Shown: one piece after another, positions 11,687 to 24,944 of the stretch | Layout: every line of letters begins with the position of its first letter | Numbering within the stretch: position 1 is the first letter of the stretch | The notes under the pieces: model-generated | The model's input: only the letters and a program-made list of their open reading frames with translations | What the model was told of the DNA's origin: nothing | Database searches by the model: none | Position numbers and translations under genes: made by a program | DNA from: Lama glama | Lineage: Eukaryota | DNA: 64,000 bases | Assembly (NCBI GenBank): GCA_028534125.1 | Contig: CM052817.1 | Coordinates: forward strand, 38,380,001 to 38,444,000 | Direction: 5' to 3'

Positions 11687-13739
11687 ATCTTGAGGTCCTT
11701 GCTAAGGAATCCTGGGAATCAATCATATTCTAGAGGAAGGATGCCCTTCCCATGTCTACTCTGCAGTGGAAGACCTGGGACTGATGAGAGCACTGGTGAC
11801 CTGAGCCATCAGCCTGGCTGCCCACACCGGCAGGAGTTCTTGTTCAGTGGAGGTGAGGGTCATGGTGCTGCCCAGCCACCACAGCAGTGGATGTGCACCT
11901 CCAGTCCATACAGCACCAGTGACTGCAGATCTCTGCCTTGGCAAGAGAAGCAAGGGCTTTATTTATTGAATCCAAAATCAGTGGCATGGACTGTGTGTTT
12001 CTGTGTCTAGAGACCAGCCCCAGAAGGCAGTCAGCAGCAGCAGCGTCAACAAGCAGGACTAATGTGAGTGAACATGGGAAATACATTTACAAAGTCTTAG
12101 ATATATTTGAGAAGAACTTGGCAAGCCTGGAGTGCCTGGTACACAGTATAAACTTTTAATCAGTAAAATCTGAATTCAACCGCTATCAGAACATTATCAC
12201 AAACTGATGGGGGCTATAGGTGTTTGCATTGAGTACAAAAAGGAGTAACTCCATTTTAAACAACCCTGAACAAATATTACTAAAGCCATTTCTAAAACAA
12301 GAGCATTAAACATTATGATCATCTTGTAGGCAGAATAATTACAAAGAAACATCACCCTTAGTTATAGAACCAATTACTAAGAACAATAACAATGGAGTGT
12401 CCCACCAGTCAGGTGATATTCATCCATCACTTACAGAATACACTGCACCATGCAAACTATGGGAGAGGAGCAGAAATTCACCTGTTAAGCTTTATATGCT
12501 CATTAATATCTCCTGATCCATCTGACTTGAATTCTTCTAAGAGTGAAAAGCATAGTTGTTTATATTGAAGTCAGTCAGAATAGGAATTTTCTCTGTACTT
12601 AAGAGAGGCAGAAATAATCAGTTACCTCAATAAGCTTTTCTAGGAGCTTTAAAAAATAAGCAAAATTAGCATTGATTAATCTTGAAATACATTTACCTTG
12701 TGAATCTCAAAACCAATTTAATTTCTCACTTTCTGTAAAATAACAACTCCAGACTTAGTCCTTCATTTAATGAGAATATATTGAATCTGGTACTGCCTCA
12801 GGCATTTGGCCACTGCATTAAACATTGCTGTGGATAAAAGCAGGGCTGAAAAAGCACCACCTAGTTTTTTGAGAATCTAAAATCTGGCTGAGAAAGTAAA
12901 TTACCAAAAATGAAACAAATCAAAATTATAATTTCCAGAATATTCATTTGCTCTTTCTGTGGAAGATCTATGAAATCCCATAAACACTTCATTCTCACAC
13001 AATAACATGTGAGTGAACACTCTTGAAAGAATTATTTGATATACTTAGGAACATAAAAAGATGAATAGATGACTGATGTAAACAGTGTCTGTGATGGAGG
13101 GAGAAACCTTTTTGGACACTTCAGCGTTTGTTGATTTTTGTAGTTCAAATTCAATAATGTGCCCATGATCTTGTTGAAGACCACATATCATAAACAATAA
13201 AGATAGTAAAATTTATTCACAGAAAAGACAGTCAGAGAAAGGAAGTGGGAAATTAGGTAATATTTATTAAAAATAAGCCCAAATAAGGCTGCTACCTTTT
13301 GAGTAACAAAGACCTGGTGAATAACATTAGCTTTATACATATAGTTAAAGGCAAGGTATTATAAAGCACAATCAGATGTTGAATATAAAAAATAAAAAGT
13401 CTTGTTTATCCCAAGTAATTGGCTTGCTTCTCAGGAAGTCAGAAACTAAAAAACTTCAGGGTTAGGAGAAAAAACTAAGTTCTCTACTTTGAACATCCAT
13501 CTAAAAATCGAAGTCTATATGTTGTTTCAGCAAGTGTTTGTCCCTTCAGTCACTAGATGGACTGCTCTATTGAGGAGTCACTGGCTCCAAGGACACGGCA
13601 TAAGCTGACAGGCACTTCTCTCACCTCTTCTTCATTACTGTCAATATCCATTTATAGGAACACTGGCAATAAAAATGCCACTGTAGACACCTTATCACCC
13701 TCAATTCACTGTTCCATTTCACTTAAATTAAGAAATATT

Positions 13740-13924
13740 GGGGGAGGGTTCAAGATGTGGCATAGAAAGGTCCTGAACTCACCTCCTCTCCTGGGCATGG
13801 TAACTCTGCAAATACTTAAGAAATAATTCCTTTGGAAAGGGAACCGAAAACTGGATGAACAGATCCTGCACAACAAGGTGTAAAGGACAACATCAGGATG
13901 GGTATGTGAGGCAGAGATACAGCC

Positions 13925-13960
<36 letters not shown>

Positions 13961-15482
13961 ACATCCCACCCCAGATGCAGCAATCCACAGTTGGGAGGGA
14001 TCACAAAGGTAAGGATCTTTCCCCTGAGGATCAAGGGATTTGAGCTCCACATCAGGCACCCTACCCTTTAGATCCTACAAAGGAGAGGCAAGCACCCAAA
14101 ACACATGGCTTTGAAAACCAATGGGGAATATGTCCAGAAAAATGATAGAATAACAGGGAACAGGAAACCCACTCTTAAAAGTCTCATGTACCAACTCAAT
14201 CTGAAAATCAGCACAGAAAGATATACCAGATTGAGAAGTACATGGACAATAGCTAAAGGGGACCCACTTACCAATTTTGAAGCATCTCCCAAAGAGGCAG
14301 GCTTTGGAATGTGTTCAAATTTCAGTTGCTACCAATTTAAAACAGGCTACTATTTACATAGGATGTGAACCTCATGATAACCACAAGGAAAAAACTTATA
14401 GTAAACACAAAAAAGAATAAAAAAGGAATCTAAACATAACACAATTAAAAAGATCTGAATCTAAGAGCTGGTTCTTTGAAAATATAAACAAAATTGACAA
14501 ACCTTTAGCTAGACTAACCAAGAAAAAAAGAGAGAGGACTTAAATAAATAAAATTAAATTAAAGAAGAGAAATTGCAAGTGATACCACAGAAATACAAAG
14601 GACTATAAGAGACTGCTATGAACAATTATACACCAACAAATTGGACAACCCAGAAGAAATGGGTAAATTCCTAGATTTTACATACAATCTTCCAAGACTG
14701 AATCATGAGGAAATAGGACTATAACTCACCAAAAAAATTTATTAAAAAATGGGCAGTTTTCCAACAAAGTATATAGGTGGCCAACAGGCATATGAAAAGA
14801 TGTTAATATCACTAACTATTAGGGAAATGTAACTCAAAACCACAATGAGATATCACCTTACATCTGTTAGAATGTCGTATCAAAAAGCAAGAAATAACAA
14901 ATGTTGGGGAGAACATGGAGAAAAGTGAATCCTTACTTCTGTTGGTGGGACTTTAAATTGGTGCAGCTAGTATGGCAAATAGTCTGAAGACTCCTCAAAT
15001 AATTAAGACCTGAGCTAACATTGATCCAGCTATTCCACTTTTTGGCATTTATCTAAAGAATACAAAAACACTAATTCAAAAAGATATATTCATCCCTATG
15101 TTCCTTGCAGGATTATTTACAGAAGCCAAGATACAGAAACAACCTAAATGTCCATGGATGGATGAATGGATAAAGAAAACATGGTGTATATGTACACAAT
15201 GGAATATCAAGTAGTATTCCATTGAAAAGAATGAAACCCTGCCATTAGGGACAACGTAGATGGATCTTGAAGATATTACGCAAAGTAAAATAAGACTGAA
15301 AAAAATACCATATGATATCACTCTCATGTGGAATCTAAAAAAACAAAACCAGTCAACCAATAAAACAAAAACAAACTCATAGATACAGAGAACAGATTAA
15401 TGAGGAAAGGGGGTTGGGGGTGGTGATCACTTAATGGTTCACAGAGAGGTCAAATGATAATGCTGTACACCTGAAACTTATT
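13740..15482 (+). mobile_element. Internally multi-deleted LINE-1 (5' UTR + inter-ORF + two ORF2 pieces + 3' UTR), L1MA9-era type
   Basis: Starts 'gggggagggttcaagatg' (L1 5' terminus); junctions near 14301, 14442 and 14716; ends in 3' UTR 'tgctgtacacctgaaactta'. Confidence 0.85.
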
Positions 15483-16159
15483 TAACAGGATCACTAAAGA
15501 TAATTCTTACAAACATAGACTGGCTAGTTTTTTCCTATGTCAACCTTAGTATTTGACTTTTAAAAGATTTCAAGGCATAAGGAGTAGTGTTTAAAATTCA
15601 GACTAAGTAGTATGGTTAAATTAGAAGTATTATGTCATTTTTAGATTTGAGCAGAGGTTTGAGGCCCCAGCTCACAGCAGGAGACAACAGACTTACTTCA
15701 CAGACTCGCACACAGAAGAGCAAGAGTAGCCCAAGGGCAGGAATCTCTGTGGCGCAGGGTTGCAGCCAGACGCTGGGAACCCTGAAACACTGGCCTACGA
15801 CTTGTTGCTTTGATAGAAGAACAAACCAATATTAGGATGTCTGAGGTCAGACTGAGGAGTAGAAGCTAGAAAGCGGAGTAGATCAAAGCACAGACTGGAT
15901 ATATAAGCTGAAATTAAAACCCTGCTTTAAATAGAGCCAAAGTTAAGAAGAAAGCTCCTCCAGCTGTAATGTTAAGCTCCAGGAGAGCAAGGACTATGCC
16001 TATATATGTATAGCCATTAGCATCCATCAGAGTGGTTATTCAATTAACGTCTGGCAAAAAACGAATGATTTGCACCAACGGTTTGCTTGAGAAGGCATAC
16101 CTCAACCTCTGGTCTTCTTCCACTTGATTTTATTTTTACTCTATTTGAACTTCACATTT

Positions 16160-16490
16160 TAAAATTGAGACATAATTTACATATAGATGCTAAGAGTTCA
16201 GCTCAATGACTTGACAAATGCCTACACCTGTGTAACTAGAACCAGCCTTCTAGGTGTGAGACCTGTGCAGTCGGGCTGGGACCTGTGCTGGAAGAGCTCT
16301 GTGCTTGGCTTAATGCTCTGCTTTTGCCAAAAGTATTAATAGCTTTTGAACAAGGAGCCCCAGGTTTTTATTTTTCACTGGGCCCTGCAAATTATGTAGC
16401 AATCCTATGTGTAACCCACACCTCTGTTTAGACTGAGATCATCTTAATCACCCCAGAAGGTTCCCTTGTGCCCTTTCACCGTGGACTACT
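16160..16490 (-). mobile_element. Old L1 (L1ME-like) 3' end, host of a MER91A
   Basis: 'attgagacataatttacata...gttcagctcaatgacttgacaaatg...tcaccccagaaggttcccttgtgccc'. Confidence 0.75.
16237..16407. mobile_element. MER91A (hAT-Tip100)
   Basis: 'gacctgtgcagtc...gcttggcttaatgctctgct...tttgaacaaggagcccc...ctgggccctgcaaattatgtagc'; perfect 8-bp TSD tgtgtaac (16229-16236 / 16408-16415). Confidence 0.85.
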
Positions 16491-17084
16491 TCCACCTATT
16501 CTAGGACTTCTAGAATAGTGTGTTCTGTCTTTTAAAGGGGCTTCAGCTACACAGAACCCAGCAGCAGAGGAAGTCTTAAAATATAGTTTCCATATAACAG
16601 ATAATGACCAATCTTTGGTAATATCTTTTCATAATCTCTGGTCTCCCTTGCACAGAATGGGAGATTAGTAACTTCGCAAGGCTAAGGAAATGAATAAATG
16701 ATCTTAGTGTTTCCCCACACTCTAAAAACCTGCATCTTCAAGGTCATTGCTTTGACCAAGTGTTTCTTTTTCTCTGGAACCTGGTTGGTTCTGAAATATT
16801 CCTCTTTTAAGGATATAAAATCTAGGAAACAAATCAGGAAAAACTATATAAGTTGTGCCTTCATGGACTAAATTACTCTAAATAAGTAAGTGTGTGACAT
16901 CTTTGAAAATCTCAAAACAATTACATTTTTAAAAGAACAATTACCATGCATTTCACCATAATGGGGGCCTCTCATATCACATATACAAAGTCAAACTAGC
17001 CACATGTGCTACATTCCAGACGCACTTTGTCTGTTATTTTTAGGGTAGAGGTTAACAAATAATATTAACGGTAATAGTAATAAA

Positions 17085-17460
17085 TAATTTCAGCAGTTAA
17101 CACTTATCCAGCACTTATTAGCAAGCAATCTGACAAGGGTTTACATGTGTTAGTGTAACCTTGAGCAAGCGATTCAACTTTTTTATTTGAAAATTAGGAT
17201 AATACATGTATCTTCCTTAGGTTTATTAAAAGACTTACTGGGATAATGCACAATCTAGTGCCTGGCATAAAATAAAAGCTTGGCGAACATTAGCTCCCAT
17301 TATTAGGTTATAATTTAACCAAAACAACAACGCCTGCAGAGACTGAGGAATTTTCCAGGCAGGTGCTGTCATATGGTGAGGATACATGGACTCTAACCCA
17401 AGTTTCTCTGACTCTAAATTCTCATGTTTACACTAAAATACTGCCTATGCCCCTAGAATG
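17085..17460. mobile_element. Nested or adjacent MIR fragments
   Basis: 'tgtaaccttgagcaag...aaaattaggataata...gtgcctggcata' (plus) flanked by minus-strand MIR-like pieces. Confidence 0.6.
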
Positions 17461-17929
17461 ACAAGTAAGTACTTTTCAGTTCCGAACAGAAACTATGCAT
17501 TATTTCTCTAAATAGATTAATGAATTGTTCTTTATCAAAATATTTGCCTGCAACTTCAAGCCTGTTCATTGTATTTTGTGCTCGAATGCTATGATTTACT
17601 CTGAGAGTCTAGTCAAGTAACTTTTTGCACACTTTTCAGCAATCGGTGAGCCAAAGAGAGCAACATTTTCTGATCTTTTTGCTGAGCTTGAGACTAATTT
17701 TGCTGCATGCATGAACCAAGTTAGTTAACAGCTTTATTTAATTCAAAATCTACCAGGAGCCATCCTTACTGAGCTATACCACATGATAAGGATGAGCAGT
17801 GTGACACTGGTCCATCCAAGTGTTTCTATTCTTTAAGTCCCAGAGAGATCTCTTTGCACGTCTCTATATGAAAACACAAAATTCACAGATTATTTGCCTT
17901 TAACTAAAAAGTTTCAACTTAATAGTACA

Positions 17930-18350
17930 GGAAGTTGAGTGTCTTCTCTTTGCCCCTCAGAGCCATCCCCACCCTTCTCCATCCTGGGCCACTGACCAGC
18001 ATGGATTGCCCTGAGCCCTACCTTGCCCTCCAGCTTACAGTGAGGCAGCCCCTGGCATACAGGGGAGGCAAGCAGGTGCAAAGGGATGGAAGAGAGGAAG
18101 ATCAGACACTGATGCCACAGGTTGGCTGCATCTTTCTCCCAGAGGCCACCTCTTGCCTTACAGCCCTCTGTCTCTGCGGTTTCAGTAACTGGGGAGCAGT
18201 GATGGCTGTCTGATGCCACTACCCAGCTTCCTCACTCTCCCTTGTTCCTTTACCAGAGTTGACCTCACACCTTTGCAAACAGTCCCTTACAGTATCTAAT
18301 TCTAATTGATACAGGTAACTCCAGTGTACACCTGTGTCTGGTCTGGAGCA
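17930..18350 (+). mobile_element. LTR33-like ERVL solo LTR
   Basis: 'tttgcccctcagagccatccccacccttctccatcctg...ccttgccctccagctt...cacacctttgcaaacagtccctt'. Confidence 0.75.
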
Positions 18351-19669
18351 ACTGTAGCAGCATTTCCCAAAGGTTCTGCTTGAGAAATAAAAAGGTTTCA
18401 ATGTTTAAATTAGTTTGACAGACTGGATTAAGCAAATAAATGGTATTCTTACTTTAGAAGCTCACATAGTTTGGTGTGTCAATAAATGTTCACTGAGAAG
18501 CATTAAGACGAGGAACTTATGAGCAGCATTTCCTATGATTTTTCCCCCTAGAGCAGCTTCTAAGACTACAAGGACAGAATCAAGTAGGACTATAGGAGAG
18601 GTGGTGATGCAGAAGGCTTGCCTGGGAATAGAAGCAGTCAGGTGACCACAGGCTCCCATCCTGTGATGGTTGCAGTGCCTCGAATAGAATACTGTGAAGG
18701 TGCTGGGGGAGGATGAGCTTTGCTTGACAACACAGTGAGTGACCTCTGGCTGCTGTGTTCCGCTAATTGGTATTTCTTCTGTCTCCTCCCTAGTGAGGAT
18801 TTCTGATACTGTCTGTCACTTCTCATCGCAGTGCCTCACGACTATTTATTGTTTTCTTCTCTTTTCTGGCCACACTGCATCTGCAATGAGACTAGCCAGT
18901 TGTCTTTCTGAGACAAACTAATATGTGGATATTTCCAAATATTCTTTCATCAATCTTTTCACTGTTTACTCTTATTTCTCCAGGGCTTCTGGGCTTTGGT
19001 GCCAGTGAGAATTGAGTTTTATTATAATTATTAGCCAATGAAATAATGCTTTTCCTTTTAGCCATTAAGTGTTCTCATATAAGTTATGGGCTATTTTTAT
19101 TGTTTTGTATTCTTAGCCTTTTTGCTTATTTTCATGTTCATTGTTGGTTTGGAAAGTTAGTGCCAGACATCTGAAAGTCAGACAACCATCCAACTGTATG
19201 TGCTATTTTTATTTTGTTCATTCTACTTGACTCAATTCTGTTCACTTTACTAATATATAGCTCTCTTTTGATACTCTCATTGGTTTTGAGTGACACTAAC
19301 TGCTTTCTGATTCAATGGTGCATTTTACTATTCTTAGCTGGAGACATCTATTTACAAAGGACACACAACTTTATAGCTTGAAACCTAGACATGGCAATGA
19401 CCCCCTGACTTCTTGCCCACTCTGTAGCCCTTCATTCCCATAGCTAGAGAGTCTCAACTTCAAAAAACTGGATTCAGTCTAGGCCTATGATGTAGGACCG
19501 GTCCTAGACTAAGATTGTAGTTATTCAGCAGCAAGACAGCTTGCTCTTGATCCCACACTAACCCTGAACACCAGTTTTTATCATTTCACTCTTGCCTTAT
19601 TCCCCCCGAGAGGTTGCCTGCCTCATCTTCTGATTATGAAGACCAAGTGCCTGCCCCACAGAGGAGCAT

Positions 19670-19895
19670 ATAGCAGTGTCTGACCTTGGCTGTATGGCCA
19701 CAGTGTGTAGTGTTACCAGAGAGGGCTTTAGGGTCCAATTGCTTGGCTTTAAGCCTCTGCTCCCCTAGTTACTAGATTTCTGTGTTTCAGTTTCTTTATT
19801 TATCTAATGGAACTAGTAATAGTTTCTACTTCATAGGTTTGCTCTGAGGCTCAAACCAACACACAATAATGATTTAATAAGTGTTTATTATTATC
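19670..19895 (+). mobile_element. MIR
   Basis: 'ctgtgtttcagtttctttatttatctaatggaactagtaatagtttctacttcatagg'. Confidence 0.65.
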
Positions 19896-19934
19896 TTAGG
19901 TTCTTTGAGTCTAGGGTCCCATATTTTTTCTCTA

Positions 19935-20350
19935 GTAATGACAGTCTCAGTATGAAGCAGAATCCAACTCAAAATGTTTAAGAGATTTGAATGAAGTTCA
20001 ACTCATAGAGGGGTGGACACATGTTAAGAGAATCACCAAGGCATTTTGAGGCCCTTGAAGACTAATAACCACAGGAAGCCATTACCAAATAGTCCTGAAG
20101 CACTGGAATCCAGTAAGAACCAGAGCTGTGTAGGAAAGGCTGGACTTATAGAAGCTCTGAGTCACTGCCCAAGAAGGGTATGGGAAAGAAAACCCTTACC
20201 TTTCTCTCTTCCATCACTGCTGGTGCCTCCCAGTGGAAGCCAGCTGGCAAGGGATTCTGGGTAATGCACTGCCTAGGCACAGGCAGACCGTGATGGCCAC
20301 AGAGAATGGAAAATGGGTCTCAGGCAAGGCCATGCAGAAAATAATTAGGA
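19935..20350 (-). mobile_element. LTR33-like ERVL solo LTR
   Basis: 'ggaagccattacca...ctgctggtgcctccca...ggaagccagctggcaaggga' resembles the reverse strand of LTR33. Confidence 0.65.
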
Positions 20351-20844
20351 AGCCAGTTCTTAAGGTGTTTTCTTCTAATGCAGTTCCCTAGGTTAGTTAT
20401 AGTTGCCACACTTGCCAATGTTCAGCTACCTCTTTTGATTCAGTGTTTGTTCTAGAATGGGGCCCTGAGGGCTCTGGATCCTGACTATCCTCATCAGGTT
20501 TTACTCTTGACCCTCAAGCCTTGGTTCTGAGGGAAAAATTTCCCAGTAGGGTTTTTTTCATGACTGTTATTTTTTATCAATGTCTGCACAAATGATCAGA
20601 CCAGCTGTAGAATGGATCCAAATTGACTACTGAACTCACAGATTGTGAACATTTTCTTCTCTGTTGGGTTTGGCCATAAATGGAAGGTGATAGTATCGCA
20701 TGGGTATGGGAAAGAGAAAAAAATACATACCAAGAAATGGAAAGTGAAGAAATAAACTGTTGAGAGATAGTTTATATGAGTCTCTTGCATTTTTGGATAT
20801 CTTAAAAGCAAAGACACTGTCCATTGTGGCAGACTGTATTTTCA

Positions 20845-21199
20845 AGGATGCTTGCATATTTAGCAACCTTGGAAGATAAAGATAGGGATTTCCTTCAGAG
20901 GGAGGCTTGCTTACTGGTCATTATAAATGGTTCCTGGTTCCTAAATTCTTCATTCTTCTTCTGTAACTCAGCCCACTGTGTGGGGGTGTTGGTGGCATCT
21001 CTGCATCACCCTGTAGGAATTGGAACTCAAGGAACAGCACAAAAATGCTAATTATCTCACTGTGGTGTTGGCTGTGAGTAATAAACTGTGCTATGTCTCA
21101 ACCCCGGAGACTTATGTCCCAACCATCTATGAAGCTGGGGGGATGAATGCGTTATGTTGCAACTAAGGAAAAATCTCAAACCTTTCACAGTTTTTGACA
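20845..21199 (+). mobile_element. MER77-like ERVL LTR (3' part)
   Basis: 'gctgtgagtaataaa...aaaatctcaaacctttcacagtttttgaca' matches my recollection of the MER77 3' end. Confidence 0.7.
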
Positions 21200-22399
21200 A
21201 GTCCTTCTGCTTAGCTTAACAATATAGATTCTTTTGGATAATGACTTGTGTGGGTGCCATGCCAAGTGAGGGTCCTGTCTTTTTTAAGAGATTTTATTGG
21301 CTATTTTCAAATTCTTTTTGTCAGCTCTCACTCGAAGACATAAATTCAACTTTTTTTAAAAAGATACAAAATACTTTTACTTATATGGTATGAGTCTGTA
21401 TGAAGTCTAGAGATTATTTCATCATTGAGAAATAATACATACATTTTACACACTGCAGCATTTCTGTTAAGCTAAGGAAGAGTCACCCCCATTGCTGAAA
21501 CCTCACCCATGCACACAGGTGCATACACACACACATATACACAAATGTATGCACCACATAAACACATGTAGTCTACAGGGCTAGAATATGTTTTGGGTTT
21601 AGCTATCCAAAGATGCACAATCCATTTAAAAAACAAGGTAGCCTCAAAGGGTAACAGCAGATATAGCATATCTCAGCAAAATTTCCCTAGCTACAAGAAA
21701 CTGTAATAAGAAATACAAGCCCAAAGTGTCATATTCATGCAAAGAATGGTCTCATTGGATCCAGAAAATTTAATCCTTACTCTGCCTCCACTCTTATTTT
21801 TCTAGTTCATATCAGCATTTTAGAAGCACTTGATACAAAAACTAATGCTCTGTACTGTGAAGGAAATACTCACAAGCACAGTTTCTGGATCTTGAACCAC
21901 AATGGGATTCAGCAAAGCTTCATCCTGACTTGGGGATTGTGGGTCTGTGGGTGTGGCAAGGAAGGGGACGTGCCCAGCTTCAACTTTCCAGATAAGCCCA
22001 TTCGCCTCATAGCCAACTTTGTGTGGAAGAAATTAGCCAAAAGACAACATTTACAGTGTTTCAGGCAAGTCTCCAATTCCCCCAAAACCCATACCAACAG
22101 TGGAAATTCTGTAACTTATGATTCATTCATTTGTAGTAAGTGTTGCCTGCTGCCTATATTCTTTTTATAAAATTGTCATAAATGTTTCCATCTCCAAGAA
22201 AAATGGTCTAATAACTTTATACATGGGAGAGCCTGTGGCTGCATGAGAAAACTAGAGAACTGTGGTAAAAGAGAGAGATTAAAAAAGCCAGGAATGTAAA
22301 ATGAAGAAAAGAAACCACAGTGTACTGAAGACATTAACCATCTTTGAAATCAAAATGGCACATTCCTCCCCATCACCCCCAGGGAGATCCTCATCAAGA

Positions 22400-22660
22400 C
22401 AGTAACATGGTGTAATGAAAATGGCAGAGGGTCTGGATCTGGCGTTAGACAGCACAGGCTTCCAGTCCTAGATTCCCTCTTACTAGCTATGTGACCTTAA
22501 ACAGGATACTTAATCTATCTGGTCTCTAGTTTCCTGATACAAAAAGAAAAAAAAAGGTAGTTAAAAAATATATATCTGCTATAAAAGATTACTGAAAACA
22601 AAGTGATACAGTCCATCAGAACTTGTTAGCATTCTCTAAATGTCAGCTGATTTCATTATT
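22400..22660 (+). mobile_element. MIR
   Basis: 'cttactagctatgtgaccttaaacaggatacttaatctatctggtctctagtttcct'. Confidence 0.75.
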
Positions 22661-24944
22661 ATTTTTAAATTATTGCCATTAATCATTACACTCTGTTGTC
22701 CAGAACACAATTAATAGATGTCAGTTTACCCCAGTTAAATCATATCTAAATGATGCGCTTGACTACATAGACAGACAGGTCCTTTCGACTTGGATGTCAA
22801 TTCCCAGCTAGTTAGAATGGAGCAACAGTGAAGGAAGTTCCTCAGTGTGTATACAAATATGAGAGAAGAAAACAATGTTTATGTATTTTACAAAAAGTAT
22901 GATTAATATACCTACTGTTCTTACAACACAAACAATAGAAATCAAAGTATGACAAAATTATCTTGTAGGTTGACAGTTCGAAGAGGATCAAGGGACTGCA
23001 GAAACAGCATGGGCTACAAATGGAAGCTTAGATGACACATATGAGCCTCACAACTGGAAACCAGAAGCCCCTCATTCCCACTGACTTGATACAGACATGC
23101 AATTCCCTTAATTTTTATCAAGGGGCTAAATTTCCTTCTTTAACACAAACAACTCATTCAGGTTATCCACTCAGACTTAAAGGAGCCAAGATCACGTACA
23201 ATTTCCAGTGGAGACATCACCTCCAGGCCAAACCCAGCTAGAAAATTCTGGCCTATTTCCTCCCACATGGATCCATTTCCCAGCCTACTTCATGTAAATT
23301 GTCCAGGCCTGACCAAAGGATTGCAATTTCTCTTTTGTCACAAATAACCTTGAGAGACTCTAATGGAAGACCATTGCTAGAGATGTGAGAAATGGGGGTG
23401 GGTTTCTAAGCCAGCTTCTTCTAGCTGATTCACAAGTTGTAGGCCATGAAGTGTCTCAGCAAGGGCTTTCTTGAGAGAGACGTTTCCATTTGTTCTTTAT
23501 ATAGTCTACATGTTAGTAGTCATAAAACAGATGTCTTCAAAGCAATGCTAGTTAGCTTAAACACAAATATGAAATTAGTCATTTGTAAAGCACAGTCACA
23601 TATTTCTCTGATGGAAAGCAAGATCCTGATTTTGAGTATTAATCCATGTTTTAATACATTGCTAGTTGCTCTTGAATTAGCTCTTCAGTCAAGTATCAGG
23701 GACTATTTTGGGCTCACTGGACAGTTAATTCAAAGTACAAAACAAAATCCTATGAGAGACTGGATTAAAAAAATTTGTCCTTTAAGTTACACAAAGAAGC
23801 AAAAATTCCCTCCAGGAAATTAATACTCTAATTACAAACTTTCTGGTTGAAAAGTCTTGAAAAGCTTTGTCTCTTCTATAAAGTCGAAAGTCTTTGGTTT
23901 GGCTTCATTTAATTTTTTCCCCATTCAGAACATATGGGAATATTCCCAAAACATCAGAGCAGCTGGTCCTTTTGAAATCAGAAAAACTGTTCTAATAGTA
24001 CTCATACTATAGAAAAAGGAATCCACACTGCTGGCAAAACAGCTGGTCTTATTTCTGAGGGATATGGCAATGGCTAAGGCAACATGTTTTCCTGCTTAAA
24101 TTGCAGTTTCAGAAAAGAGAAAGATCAATCATTGTTTATAAATTGAGTTGTAATAATATCAGTTCCTTTCTTTCAACTTATCCCATTTAGAATGTTTCCA
24201 AATTTGGGGAGGATTGTTACACAGCCCAAATGTTCACATTTTTGACTGACTTTCTCAGTTTACATTGAATGGTTGACATCTTATAGTAGATACAGCTTTT
24301 CTGAAAGTTACTACACTGAACGGCATTTTATCTCAATATTTACAGTTGGACATGCAAGACATCAAGAAATTGGATGAAGGAAAAAGAGGCAATCTGACAA
24401 ATCAAAGAAGTACGTTCAGAGTTGAAACAATAGCCTAAGTCATATAACAATATATAACAAGCCTCAGTAACAAAATAGAATTTAATAATCTGGTCTGTGC
24501 TCTCTTGGTCCAGCAGACACAACACTGTATCAAACCTCAAATGTTGTCTTGACAACTCTCAGCTTTCTTGCACAAAGGTGACAAACATACTGTGAAAACT
24601 GTCCACAATTAAAAACTGTGGGTCTAAAGAAGTATTCTCCCACCTCTTTTTGTATAGAGATCTATATTTCTTAGCAGAAATGAGTAAAGGTTGAAAGAAA
24701 AATTATTTCCTTAGATTAAAAAAAAGTATAGTAGAACAGAAGCTTGACAGATGTTTGATTAAGAAAATATTTAAAGATTTAAGACCAGAGCAACACTTTA
24801 ATTGATAAGAACTTAGGATAACAAAATGTTTGCTGCTGATCAGTAAATTCCTAGATCAGATTCCCTAGTTACTGGTTTAGTAAAAAAATGAAGGCCATTT
24901 TCTTTGTAGAACCACTTAATTCATGTCATCTTGCAGGGAAAATA

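Noticed and set aside
12697..12732. 36-nt minus-strand segment with acceptor and donor-like sites
   Set aside because: Stops in all three frames and no other support.
24347..24438. Plus-strand acceptor followed by LDMQDIKKLDEGKRGNLTNQR...
   Set aside because: Unrecognised peptide, weak pyrimidine tract, and no partner exons.
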